From: Candidatus Eremiobacteria bacterium
GTDB taxonomy: Bacteria > Vulcanimicrobiota > Vulcanimicrobiia > Vulcanimicrobiales > Vulcanimicrobiaceae
Direction of reading: 5' to 3'
Assembly: GCA_963758295.1 (NCBI GenBank)
Contig: CAVWUU010000003.1
Location: forward strand, 1-64,000
DNA: 64,000 nt
The notes below the pieces were generated by a model, which saw only the letters and a program-made list of their open reading frames with translations, was not told the DNA's origin and made no database searches. Made by a program: the position numbers and the translations under genes. Of the stretch, positions 8,370 through 17,637 are shown one piece after another (positions within the stretch are counted from its first letter, which is position 1; the number at the start of each line of letters is the position of its first letter).

Positions 8370-9489
8370 CGTTGCTTAAAAGAAGCGTCGCCGAAGGCCT
8401 CGGAACGGCGTTCTTGCTCGCTACCGTCGTGGGGTCCGGAATCATGGCCGAGCGGCTGGCCGGCGGAAATGTCGCGATTGCGCTTCTAGCAAACTCGGTC
8501 GCGACGGCTGGTGCGCTTCTCTGTCTCATCGCGGCATTGGGACCGATCTCCGGAGCACATTTCAATCCCGCCGTGACGCTGGCCGATGCGCTGCAATCCG
8601 GCCTGCCGTGGCGTGAAGTTCCGGCGTATCTCTTTGCGCAGATCGCGGGCGCGATCGGCGGCACCGGCGTGGCCAACGTGATGTTTGGGCTGCCGGTGTG
8701 GTTTCCGTCGCATCACAATCGCAGCGGACCGGCGCAATCGTTCAGCGAGTTCATCGCTACCTTCGGACTGTTGCTCGTCATTTGGGGGTGCGTGCGATTC
8801 CGGAGCGGCATCGTCCCCTTTGCGGTAGCCGGCTATATCGTAGCAGCCTATTGGTTTACGTCGTCGACGTCGTTTGCGAATCCGGCTGTCACGATTGCGC
8901 GCGCGTTGTCGGACACTTTCGCCGGCATTCGCGCGGTCGACGCGCCCGCGTTCATTCTTGCGCAGCTCGCCGGTGCTGCCGCAGCGACCTATTTATTCGC
9001 ATGGCTTGCTCCGATTGGGAGGCCCGAAGCCGAAGCCGTGCTCGTCCCTCACAAAGCTAAAGCGAGTGCCGAGTTTCAGGTGCGTTTTAAGCCGTTTGTA
9101 CTTTTCGTGTGCAAACACAACACCGGCCGCAGTCAAATGGCCGAAGCGTATTTGCGCCATTTCGCGGGCGGCGCGGTCGAAGCCGGCTCGGCCGGAACGA
9201 TTGCTGGGGATGCTCCCATCCGGGCGTCGTAGCGGCGATGGCAGACGACGGCATCGACATTTCGTCGGCCCGGCCGAAATTGTTGACCGAAGACCTTTCG
9301 GGACGCGCCGATCTCGTCATTACCATGGGATGCGACGTGGAAGGCGTGCCGCGAATCGACGATGATTGGGGTCTTCCGGACCCAAAGGGCCAGTCGAACG
9401 ATCGCGTTCGAGCGATTCGCGACATGGTTCGCCAGAAGGCGCAGAAGCTGGCGAAAGCCCTAATGGACGATGTGGCGCAGCGCCATTGA
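8366..9489 (+). CDS. Aquaglyceroporin (AqpS-like MIP) fused to LMW-PTP-type arsenate reductase; single frameshift near 9215-9217
   Basis: HFNPAVT and SFANPAVT NPA boxes run in frame into VLFVCKHNTGRSQMAEA (CX5R); ArsC continues in another frame (HPGVVAAM...ITMGC...WGLPDPKG); adding one C to the CCC run restores one ORF. Confidence 0.85.
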
Positions 9490-10242
9490 AGCGGCTGCAA
9501 TAATCAACGCCGCCCCGACGAACACCAGCAAGTTTCGCGATTTTAGCCGCAGCGAGAGGCGCGCGCCGACCGGGCCGCCGCAAAGGCCGCCCGCGACGAG
9601 CGGCAGCGCGTCAGCAACGCGGATGTCGTGCTGCGCGGCGTGTACGACCATACCGACGGGCGAGGTAAGCAGAATCGCAAAGTGAGACGTCGCGCTGATC
9701 GCATGCGCAGGCAAATCCGAGAAGTACAACAGCGTCGGCACCACGATAACGCCGCCGCCGATTCCGAACAAACTCGATACGAGACCGACGAAGAAACCGG
9801 CGCCTACCGCAAACCGCGACGACATCGCTTTGCGCCCGCGTAACTGCTCGTTTTCGGAGCGTCCGGCAACGCGATGTTCCGCGTTCCAAATCATATCGAC
9901 GGCAACGGCGATAAGAAACGTTGCGAAAACCCAATCGAACGCTTCGCCGGAAATATGCAGCACGAGAATCGCGCCGAGGATGCCGCCCGGCAAACCGCCG
10001 GCCGCAAAAAGCAGGCCCGTTCGAACGTGGACCCGCCGCTGCATCAGATAGGTGAAAGCGCCGCTAGCGCTATTGGCCATCACGAGGACGAGCGACGTGC
10101 CGGCCGCGTCGGCCGGGGCTAGTCCGAAAAATAGTCGCAGAATCGGGACGAGGATGAAGCCGCCGCCGAGCCCGACCATCGAGCCGCAGATGCTGGCGAG
10201 CAGCGCCGCTATGAAAAGCTCGATCGACGTCTGCACTTGCAT
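9460..10242 (-). CDS. Sulfite exporter TauE/SafE family membrane protein
   Basis: GSMVGLGGGFILVP and SLFGIGGGVIVVP repeated motifs; start at MQVQ. Confidence 0.9.
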   Translation of the reverse strand: MQVQTSIELFIAALLASICGSMVGLGGGFILVPILRLFFGLAPADAAGTSLVLVMANSASGAFTYLMQRRVHVRTGLLFAAGGLPGGILGAILVLHISGEAFDWVFATFLIAVAVDMIWNAEHRVAGRSENEQLRGRKAMSSRFAVGAGFFVGLVSSLFGIGGGVIVVPTLLYFSDLPAHAISATSHFAILLTSPVGMVVHAAQHDIRVADALPLVAGGLCGGPVGARLSLRLKSRNLLVFVGAALIIAAASMALRHIVH

Positions 10243-10244
10243 AG

Positions 10245-10302
10245 AAAAAAGCCCGCTGCCGCTATCGCGCCGAAACGCTGCGCGCAGCAACGAACCGCGG
10301 GC
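10245..10302 (-). terminator. Long imperfect hairpin with T6 after efp
   Basis: Minus strand GCCCGC...GCGGGC-TTTTTT, immediately before the tauE ATG. Confidence 0.55.
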
Positions 10303-10318
10303 ATTCGTTCACGGGATT

Positions 10319-10882
10319 TTATGCGTTAACGCGACCGATGTACCGGCGATCGCGCGTGTCAATGCGGACCAGATCGTCGGGATTGACGAAGAGCGGAACG
10401 TTGACGGTCGCTCCGGTTTCGAGCTTTGCCGGCTTGCCGGTGTTCGTCGCCGTATCGCCCTTGAATCCGGGATCGGTTTCCGTAACGCGCAGCTCGACGT
10501 GCGGCGGAAGTTCCACGCCGATCGGCAAGCCTTCGTGCAACTGCACGTCGACGACCATGCCGTCTTTCAAGAAGTCGGCCGGATCTCCAATGAGGTCGCG
10601 CTGGATCGTGATGTTTTCGAACGACTCCTGATCCATGAAATGGAAGCCTTCGTCATCGTTGTAGAGCATCTGCATCTGGCGGTTTTCGACCGTCGCGCGC
10701 TCGAGTTTTTCACCCGCGCGGAACGTGCGTTCCAGCGTCGTGCCGGTTTTCACGTTCTTCAGACGCGTGCGGACGAAGGCCGCACCTTTACCCGGTTTCA
10801 CATGAAGGAATTCGATTACGGTCCACAAGTTGTTGTCCACGACGACAGTGACGCCGTTGCGGAGATCGTTCGACGAAATCAT
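10319..10882 (-). CDS. efp: Translation elongation factor P
   Basis: HVKPGKGAAFVR, TDPGFKGDT, VPLFVN, IDTR. Confidence 0.98.
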   Translation of the reverse strand: MISSNDLRNGVTVVVDNNLWTVIEFLHVKPGKGAAFVRTRLKNVKTGTTLERTFRAGEKLERATVENRQMQMLYNDDEGFHFMDQESFENITIQRDLIGDPADFLKDGMVVDVQLHEGLPIGVELPPHVELRVTETDPGFKGDTATNTGKPAKLETGATVNVPLFVNPDDLVRIDTRDRRYIGRVNA

Positions 10883-10921
10883 GACCCGCCCGAATACGGG
10901 CTGAGGCCTCGAAAGCCCTCG

Positions 10922-11596
10922 TTAGGCCTTCTTCCGGAACAAGCCGATTCGGTTTTCGGTCCCGGTCCGCAGCCGGCCGAGATTTTCGCGGTGCGTCCAC
11001 AGGATGAAGATCGCCGCGAATACCCCGTAGACCGTCTCCGGGATCGACCGGGTGAAGAACCACAGCGCGAACGGCGCTACTACGTTTGCCAGCATGGAAC
11101 CAACGGACGAATACTGCGTAACCGCCAGCGCGCCGACCACCCAACCGAGGACAACGGCGAGTCCGGCCTTCCAGCTCAGCGCAAAGATCGCACCGAATGA
11201 AGTAGCAACCCCCTTGCCTCCTTTCCAGCTAAGCCAGGGTGAAAAACAGTGGCCAAGCACCGTGAAAATCGCAACAACAGAGGCGACGAGGGCTGCGAGA
11301 TCGAGCGTAACGCCGGCAGTGCCGTTGTTCAAACTTAGCGAGCCATGCACGAGCTCGTGCGCCAGGAATACCGGAACGAAGCCTTTTGCCGCGTCGAGCA
11401 GCAGGACCGCAACGGCGCCCGTTTTGCCGAGCGTTCGCAACGCGTTCATCGCGCCGATGTTGCCGGAGCCTTGCGTGCGAATGTCCGTGCGATAGAAGAA
11501 GCGCCCGATCAAATATCCGAACGGAATGGACCCCAGCAGAAACGCGAGGATCGCGATTACGATAAAGGCGACGATCGCAAGGGCGGCGACGCTCAC
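10922..11596 (-). CDS. plsY: Glycerol-3-phosphate acyltransferase PlsY
   Basis: LLGSIPFG, DIRTQGSGNIGAMN, GHCFSPW..KGGKGVAT, HRENLGRL. Confidence 0.97.
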   Translation of the reverse strand: MSVAALAIVAFIVIAILAFLLGSIPFGYLIGRFFYRTDIRTQGSGNIGAMNALRTLGKTGAVAVLLLDAAKGFVPVFLAHELVHGSLSLNNGTAGVTLDLAALVASVVAIFTVLGHCFSPWLSWKGGKGVATSFGAIFALSWKAGLAVVLGWVVGALAVTQYSSVGSMLANVVAPFALWFFTRSIPETVYGVFAAIFILWTHRENLGRLRTGTENRIGLFRKKA

Positions 11597-12963
11597 GGTT
11601 GGAGTTCCTCGCTCTCACGACGCGAACGGAATTCGAGCGTAATCGGCACGCCCTCGAAGTCGTAATGCTGCCGTATCGTGTTCTCGATGAAACGTTTGTA
11701 CGAAGACTGCACGAGTTCGGGATCGTTGCAGTGAAAAACGAACACCGGCGGATGCACCGCGGGCTGCGACGCGAAGTAGATCTTGAACAGCCGCCCGCCG
11801 ATCGCCGGCGCCGGATGCGCTAGCACCGCGTCACGAATAACGGCATTGAGCTGCGCCGTGGGGATGCGCCGGTCCAAGTTTTCTGCAACGCGATTTACGA
11901 CCGGCATGAGGCTGCCCAAGCGCCGTTTCGTCTTGGCCGACAGGAACGTGATCGGCGCGAATTTCGCAAACGGAATCAAATCGTGAATGACGTTGGCGAG
12001 TTCGCCCTGACTGAATTCGCCTTGCTGTTCGCGCGCCAGATCCCACTTGTTCCCGACGATGATGAGGCCTTTGCGTTCTTCGATCGCGATGCCCGCAAGG
12101 CGGCGATCTTGTGCCGTGACGCCAACCATCGAATCAAAAACGAGAATCGCAATGTCCGCCCGCGAGATCGCCTTGAGCGAACGCAGTGCGGCGTAGTATT
12201 CGATCGCGCCGTGCACTTCGGGTTTCTTGCGCACGCCGGCGGTGTCGATGAGGCGAATTTTGCGATCGTGAAATTGGAGAATTGTGTCGATCGCGTCGCG
12301 TGTCGTTCCCGGAACGTCGGAAACGATCGCGCGTTCCTCGCCGAGCATCGCGTTTAACAACGAAGACTTGCCGACGTTCGGACGTCCGATGATCGCAAGC
12401 GCGAGCTCGCCTTCGAGCATCGCGTTGGGCGCTTCCGGCGGAAGAAGCTCGACGATGCGGTCCAGCAGATCGCCGGTGCCCTCGCCATGAATTGCCGAAA
12501 CCGCCACAGGCTCGCCGAAACCCAGACGCGAGAATTCGCCGTGAATCGAAGCGAGCGCACTGGGCGATTCGGTTTTGTTGGCCACGAGCACGATACGCCG
12601 CCGCGTGCTGCGCAGAATGCGCGCCACGTCTTCGTCGAGCGGATTGAGCCCCGTCTGCGCATCGACGACGAAGACGACCGCGTCGGCTTCTTGCGCGGCG
12701 GCTTCGGCCTGCCGCCGTGTTGCCTCGGCGAATTGATCGCCGTGTGCCATATCGGCGTCGGGATCTATACCGGCGGTATCCACCATGCTAAACGTGCGGC
12801 CGCGCCACTCGCAGATGGCGTAGAGCCGGTCGCGGGTAACGCCCGGCGTATCCTCGACGATCGCGAGACGCTGGCCAATAAGACGGTTGAAAAGGGCGCT
12901 CTTGCCGACGTTCGGCCGTCCGACGACCGCTACCGTCGCGGGCCTGAGCGACCCGCCTTCCAT
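11593..12963 (-). CDS. der: Ribosome biogenesis GTPase Der (EngA)
   Basis: Two GRPNVGKS P-loops, PGVTRD/PGTTRD, DTAG, KH-like C-terminus. Confidence 0.98.
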   Translation of the reverse strand: MEGGSLRPATVAVVGRPNVGKSALFNRLIGQRLAIVEDTPGVTRDRLYAICEWRGRTFSMVDTAGIDPDADMAHGDQFAEATRRQAEAAAQEADAVVFVVDAQTGLNPLDEDVARILRSTRRRIVLVANKTESPSALASIHGEFSRLGFGEPVAVSAIHGEGTGDLLDRIVELLPPEAPNAMLEGELALAIIGRPNVGKSSLLNAMLGEERAIVSDVPGTTRDAIDTILQFHDRKIRLIDTAGVRKKPEVHGAIEYYAALRSLKAISRADIAILVFDSMVGVTAQDRRLAGIAIEERKGLIIVGNKWDLAREQQGEFSQGELANVIHDLIPFAKFAPITFLSAKTKRRLGSLMPVVNRVAENLDRRIPTAQLNAVIRDAVLAHPAPAIGGRLFKIYFASQPAVHPPVFVFHCNDPELVQSSYKRFIENTIRQHYDFEGVPITLEFRSRRESEELQP

Positions 12964-13060
12964 GGCAGATGATTCTTGCACGGGGGACGTACATTCGTAG
13001 CCGTCGCCCGGCTTACCCATCGGACGGACCAAAGCTGCATGCGGTCGAAGACCGGCTAGG

Positions 13061-13356
13061 ATGCGCTGGTTGCTTTATATCGCGTTGGGATACTCCATTT
13101 TGATGTTCGCCGCAGTCCCGACAGGCAGAGTCGCCTGGTGCTTTCTCGCGATTGGCCGCTGCCGTTCGGTCTCAACGGCCAGGGAGCCCATCCCGGAGAA
13201 ATCCGCGTCTTCGATAGGGCCGGCCGCGAACTCGATGAAGAACACGTGCCGGACATTGACGGCATCCGCGGCATCTATTGGACGCGCTATAAAGTCTATG
13301 TCACGCGCGCCGACGGCGACCGGCTGTTCCGCTCGTCTCTCAATCTTGCCCAGTAG
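13061..13356 (+). CDS. Small exported hypothetical protein, apparently split by one indel near 13095
   Basis: Hydrophobic start MRWLLYIALGYS joins the other frame ...RSPDRQSRLVLSRDWPLPFGLNGQGAHPGEIRVFDRAG if one base is added. Confidence 0.45.
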
Positions 13357-13376
13357 AGCTAAAGCTAACGATCAGC

Positions 13377-14774
13377 ATGCCCAATATTTACATTGAAACT
13401 TTCGGATGCCAGATGAACGAGGCCGATTCGCAGTACATTGCGGATCGCGCGGCGTCCGCAGGCTATGCGATTGCGACCAAGCCTGAAGAAGCCAACGTTC
13501 TGGTCTTGAATACGTGCACGGTTCGCGATAACGCGGAACGCCGCGCGTACGGCCGAATGGGACAATTCAAATCCCTGAAGGATGTCGACCCCGCCGTTCG
13601 GCTCGTCGTAATGGGCTGCCTTGCCGAGCAAGATCGCGATCGCATGCAGAAGCTTGCGCCGCATGTAGACGCGGTCTTCGGCACGAGCGAACTCGTAGCG
13701 CTGGGCAATCAGCTCGAGCAGTGGGCGCCGAACTTCGACGATATCGATTTCACGGAAGACCGGGCGCTCATGATGCCGCTCGGCGGGTCCGCCGACGCGG
13801 TCACCGACGCCTTTTCGCATCTTCGCGCCTTCGTGACGGTGCAACGCGGTTGTTCCTACTATTGCACCTTTTGCATCGTGCCCCACGTGCGCGGCCGTTT
13901 CGACCACCGGCCAATGCGCGAGATTCTCGCCGAGATTCAAACCCATCTTGCGAGCGGCGCGCGCGAGGTCATGCTCGTCGGCCAAACCGTCAATGCGTGG
14001 AAAGATCCGGCAACCGGTGAAGATTTCGGCGACCTGTGCCGCGCCGCGGCGTCGTTGCCCGGCCTCGAACGGTTGACGTTTATCTCGCCGCATCCAAAGG
14101 ACTTCACGGAGAAAGTCATCGCCGATCTTGCGAGCGTTCCGCAACTCAATGCGCGCGTGCATCTTCCGTTGCAGTCCGGCAGCGATCCGATGCTTCGCCG
14201 AATGAACCGCAAATACACGATGCGAGAGTTCCGCGAGAAGGTCGAGCTGATTCACCGGTATCTTCCGCATTGGGCGATTACCACCGATATCATCGTCGGC
14301 TTTCCGGGCGAAACCGACGCCGATTTCGAGGCAACGCTCGACTACGTGAGCACGAATGTTTTTGCAAACGCGTTTATGTTCATCTATTCGATTCGGCGCG
14401 GCACGCCGGCCGCGCGTTGGGAACAGGTTGCGGGCGACGTTTCAGCCGCGAGATTCCGTCGTCTTGTCGACGCGCAAAACGCTTCGACACGGGCCTACCA
14501 CGACGCTAAACTCGGACGCACCGTCCGTTGCCTGATTCAAGGGCCGTCGAAAAAAGATCCGTCGAAAATCGCCGCTAAATCGCTCGATAACGTCACCGTC
14601 ATTGCGCCCATGCCGCCCGATTACGACGAGGCCCTTTACGCGCGCGAGCCGTGGTTGGACATCACCGTTGAAACGGCATACGTTTGGGGATGCACGGGGA
14701 CGCTCGTCGCGCGTGCAGAACGATTTGCCGATGCCGGTACTTCCGTTGCGCAGCCGATGATCTCGTTGCTTTAG
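13377..14774 (+). CDS. miaB: tRNA-2-methylthio-N6-dimethylallyladenosine synthase
   Basis: TFGCQMNEADS, NTCTVR, GCSYYCTFCIVP radical SAM motif, TDIIVGFPGET. Confidence 0.95.
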   Translation: MPNIYIETFGCQMNEADSQYIADRAASAGYAIATKPEEANVLVLNTCTVRDNAERRAYGRMGQFKSLKDVDPAVRLVVMGCLAEQDRDRMQKLAPHVDAVFGTSELVALGNQLEQWAPNFDDIDFTEDRALMMPLGGSADAVTDAFSHLRAFVTVQRGCSYYCTFCIVPHVRGRFDHRPMREILAEIQTHLASGAREVMLVGQTVNAWKDPATGEDFGDLCRAAASLPGLERLTFISPHPKDFTEKVIADLASVPQLNARVHLPLQSGSDPMLRRMNRKYTMREFREKVELIHRYLPHWAITTDIIVGFPGETDADFEATLDYVSTNVFANAFMFIYSIRRGTPAARWEQVAGDVSAARFRRLVDAQNASTRAYHDAKLGRTVRCLIQGPSKKDPSKIAAKSLDNVTVIAPMPPDYDEALYAREPWLDITVETAYVWGCTGTLVARAERFADAGTSVAQPMISLL

Positions 14775-17270
14775 GTGTCCGAAACTCCGAGATTCTCGCC
14801 GATGCTCGAGCAGTACTTCGGGATGAAGGGAAAACATCCCGATGCGCTGCTGCTTAGCCGCGTCGGCGACTTCTACGAAGCCTACGGTGAAGACGCGGAA
14901 ACCGTCGCGCGCGCGTTGCAAATTGCGCTCACCAGCAAAGAAGCCGGCGGCGGCAAGCGGGTCGCGATGGCCGGTGTTCCGCATCACGCGCTTCCCGGGT
15001 ATCTCGCCAAGCTCGTGCAGCAGCGCTTCGTTATCGCGCTCGCCGAACAACTGGAAGCGCCGGTCCCGAACAAACTCGTCCGGCGCGACGTAGTGCGAAT
15101 CGTGACGCCCGGCACGCTCATCGAAGAACACCTTCTTGACGGCAAGCAAAACAACTATCTTGCGGCGATGGCGCTCGTGGGCGACACGTTCGCCCTCGCG
15201 TACGTGGACGTTTCTACCGGCTACTGTGCGGCAACCGCGATCGGCGGGGAAAACGCTTACGACGAAGTGCTCGCGGAGTTGGGACGCATCGGTCCGGCCG
15301 AGATCGTTGCCGATGTGCCCGCTGACATTCGAGCCGCGATGGCGGCCGCCATCGAAGCACTCGGTGCGCGCTTGGCCGCACCGGCAATCGGACTCGTGCA
15401 GACGCGCGATCGTCCGGCCATCGACGGCTTCTCGCTCGACGACTCCGCAGCAATGCATCGTTCGGTCGACGCGCTTTCCGGTTTCGTGCGGCGAACCGTA
15501 ATGCGCGAAGCGCAAGAGGGTGGCGCGGCATGGAGCGTCCCTCAGTATTACCACCGCCGGCAGTTCCTCGCGCTCGATCCGGCGACACGCAAACATTTAG
15601 AACTGACGCGGGCGCAAGGCGCAAACGCGCGCGCGACGCTGCTCGGGACGCTGGATGAATGCGAGACATCGATGGGCTCGCGCATGTTGTCTCGTTGGAT
15701 TATTGCGCCGCTGGTGGATCGCGATGCGATCGAAGCTCGTCAACAAGCCGTGCAAACACTGCTCGACGAACATGCGCGGCGCACCGCCATGCGCGAGCTG
15801 CTCCGCGGATGTTTCGACCTCGAACGGATCGCTCAGAAGGCCCGTTTCCGTCGCGCCGGCCCGCGGGATCTCGCGTCGCTGCGCCGCACGCTCGAGGTGT
15901 TACGTCCGCTTCCCCAAGTCGCGCCGCAATCATTAACGCAAACGATTGCGCGCATCACCGGATTCGAGGACATCCTCGAGGATCTCGCGCGCACCCTCGT
16001 CGACGAACCGCCCGCCCAGCTGGGCGACGGGGGCGTCATTCGGCCCGAAGCCGACGCCGAACTTGCGGAATGCGTGGAACTTCGCACTGATGCCCGATCC
16101 AAACTTTCCGATCTCGAAGAGCGGGAACGCGAACGCACCGGCATCAAGTCCATCAAGGTAAAGTATGCCAGCGCGTTCGGGTACGCTATCGAAGTTAGCA
16201 AAGCGTACGTCTCGCAAGTGCCGGCAGATTACGTCCGCAAACAAACGTTGACGACCGGCGAGCGTTTTATTACGCCCGAACTCAAAGAGCTCGAACTTGC
16301 GATCTCGACCGCGCAATCTCGGCAGCAGCGTCTCGAGCAGAAACTGTACGATGAACTGCTCGACCGTATCGGCTTGCGGGCGGAGGCTTTGCTGGATGCC
16401 GCGGACGCGATTGCGGAAATCGACGTGTTTTCCGCGCTCGCCCAGTGCGCGGCGGAACGCGGCTACGTGCGGCCGCAATTTATCGAAGGCAGTACGATCG
16501 ATATTGACGACGGTCGCCACCCGGTCATGGAAGCGATCTTACACGCCAACTTCGTTCCGAATGATTTGCATTTGCGCGAAAGCGATCATCGCTTCATCCT
16601 ATTGACCGGGCCGAACATGGGCGGCAAATCGACGTATTTGCGGCAAGCGGGGTTGCTTGCAATTATGGCGCAAGTTGGTTCTTTTGTGCCGGCGAAGGCC
16701 ATGCGTTTGGGCGTAGTGGACCGAATTTTTACACGCATCGGTGCCGGCGACGATTTAGCTTCCGGGCAATCGACGTTTTATATGGAGATGGCCGAGGCAG
16801 CCAACATCCTGCGCCGCAGTACGCATCGTTCGTTGCTGCTCATCGACGAAGTCGGACGCGGCACCGGAACGATTGATGGCCTTTCTATTGCCCAGGCGAT
16901 CTGCGAGTTTTTGCTGGGCCTCGAGGATCAGTCGCCGATGGCCTTGTTTGCGACGCATTTTCACGAGCTGTGCGCGCTTGCCGATCACTGGAACCTCGTT
17001 GCGAACTATCACATCACCGCCGTCGAAAACATGGCACGGGGCGGCGCTCCGGTTTTTTCACATCGCGTGCAACCCGGAAGTTCTTCCCGCTCTTTCGGCA
17101 TCGAAGTTGCGCGCATGGCCGGCTTGCCGGACGCGGTGATCGAGCGCGCCCAAGAAATCGCCGATACGCTCTCGGGCAAAGCCGACGTAGAAGAGCAAGT
17201 GCCGTTGCGCAAACGCATGACGCGAACGGCGTCGACGGAGCGCCAGCTGTCGTTCCTAAACGCCGAGTAG
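14775..17270 (+). CDS. mutS: DNA mismatch repair protein MutS
   Basis: PMLEQY, VGDFYE, TGPNMGGKSTY, STFYMEM, DEVGRGT, ATHFHEL. Confidence 0.98.
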   Translation: MSETPRFSPMLEQYFGMKGKHPDALLLSRVGDFYEAYGEDAETVARALQIALTSKEAGGGKRVAMAGVPHHALPGYLAKLVQQRFVIALAEQLEAPVPNKLVRRDVVRIVTPGTLIEEHLLDGKQNNYLAAMALVGDTFALAYVDVSTGYCAATAIGGENAYDEVLAELGRIGPAEIVADVPADIRAAMAAAIEALGARLAAPAIGLVQTRDRPAIDGFSLDDSAAMHRSVDALSGFVRRTVMREAQEGGAAWSVPQYYHRRQFLALDPATRKHLELTRAQGANARATLLGTLDECETSMGSRMLSRWIIAPLVDRDAIEARQQAVQTLLDEHARRTAMRELLRGCFDLERIAQKARFRRAGPRDLASLRRTLEVLRPLPQVAPQSLTQTIARITGFEDILEDLARTLVDEPPAQLGDGGVIRPEADAELAECVELRTDARSKLSDLEERERERTGIKSIKVKYASAFGYAIEVSKAYVSQVPADYVRKQTLTTGERFITPELKELELAISTAQSRQQRLEQKLYDELLDRIGLRAEALLDAADAIAEIDVFSALAQCAAERGYVRPQFIEGSTIDIDDGRHPVMEAILHANFVPNDLHLRESDHRFILLTGPNMGGKSTYLRQAGLLAIMAQVGSFVPAKAMRLGVVDRIFTRIGAGDDLASGQSTFYMEMAEAANILRRSTHRSLLLIDEVGRGTGTIDGLSIAQAICEFLLGLEDQSPMALFATHFHELCALADHWNLVANYHITAVENMARGGAPVFSHRVQPGSSSRSFGIEVARMAGLPDAVIERAQEIADTLSGKADVEEQVPLRKRMTRTASTERQLSFLNAE

Positions 17271-17271
17271 C

Positions 17272-17637
17272 GTGCCGCTCCGGCTCGACCACGCCGCACC
17301 CGTTCTCCCGGCGGTCAACTACAACAAATCCCTCGCTTTTTTTAAGGCACTTGGTTTCGACATCACGGAGTACGACCGGTATGCGGTCATGCGGCTAGGC
17401 GGTGCCGACATCCATTTGCAAGCCACGAACGATCGCGCGGCCAGCGAAAACGCGGTTTGCTATCTCTACGTGAGCAACGTCGAAATCTTTTATTCGATCG
17501 CCGTTGCGCGCGGCGGGCGCTCGCTCCAACCGCCGGTCGAGCGGGAGCGGGGCGTTCGGGAATGTGCGATTGCCGATCCGTCCGGCATACTATTACGGGT
17601 GGGTACCCCGCGAAAGAAAGCCGGCCGTGATAAGTAG
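17272..17637 (+). CDS. VOC/bleomycin-resistance family protein
   Basis: APVLPA..SLAFFKALGF, GVRECAIADPSG. Confidence 0.8.
   Translation: MPLRLDHAAPVLPAVNYNKSLAFFKALGFDITEYDRYAVMRLGGADIHLQATNDRAASENAVCYLYVSNVEIFYSIAVARGGRSLQPPVERERGVRECAIADPSGILLRVGTPRKKAGRDK

Noticed and set aside
9205..9220. Programmed frameshift producing short and long aquaporin-ArsC forms
   Set aside because: No slippery heptamer, the break falls mid-domain, and similar isolated indels occur elsewhere (about 13095 and 63741)
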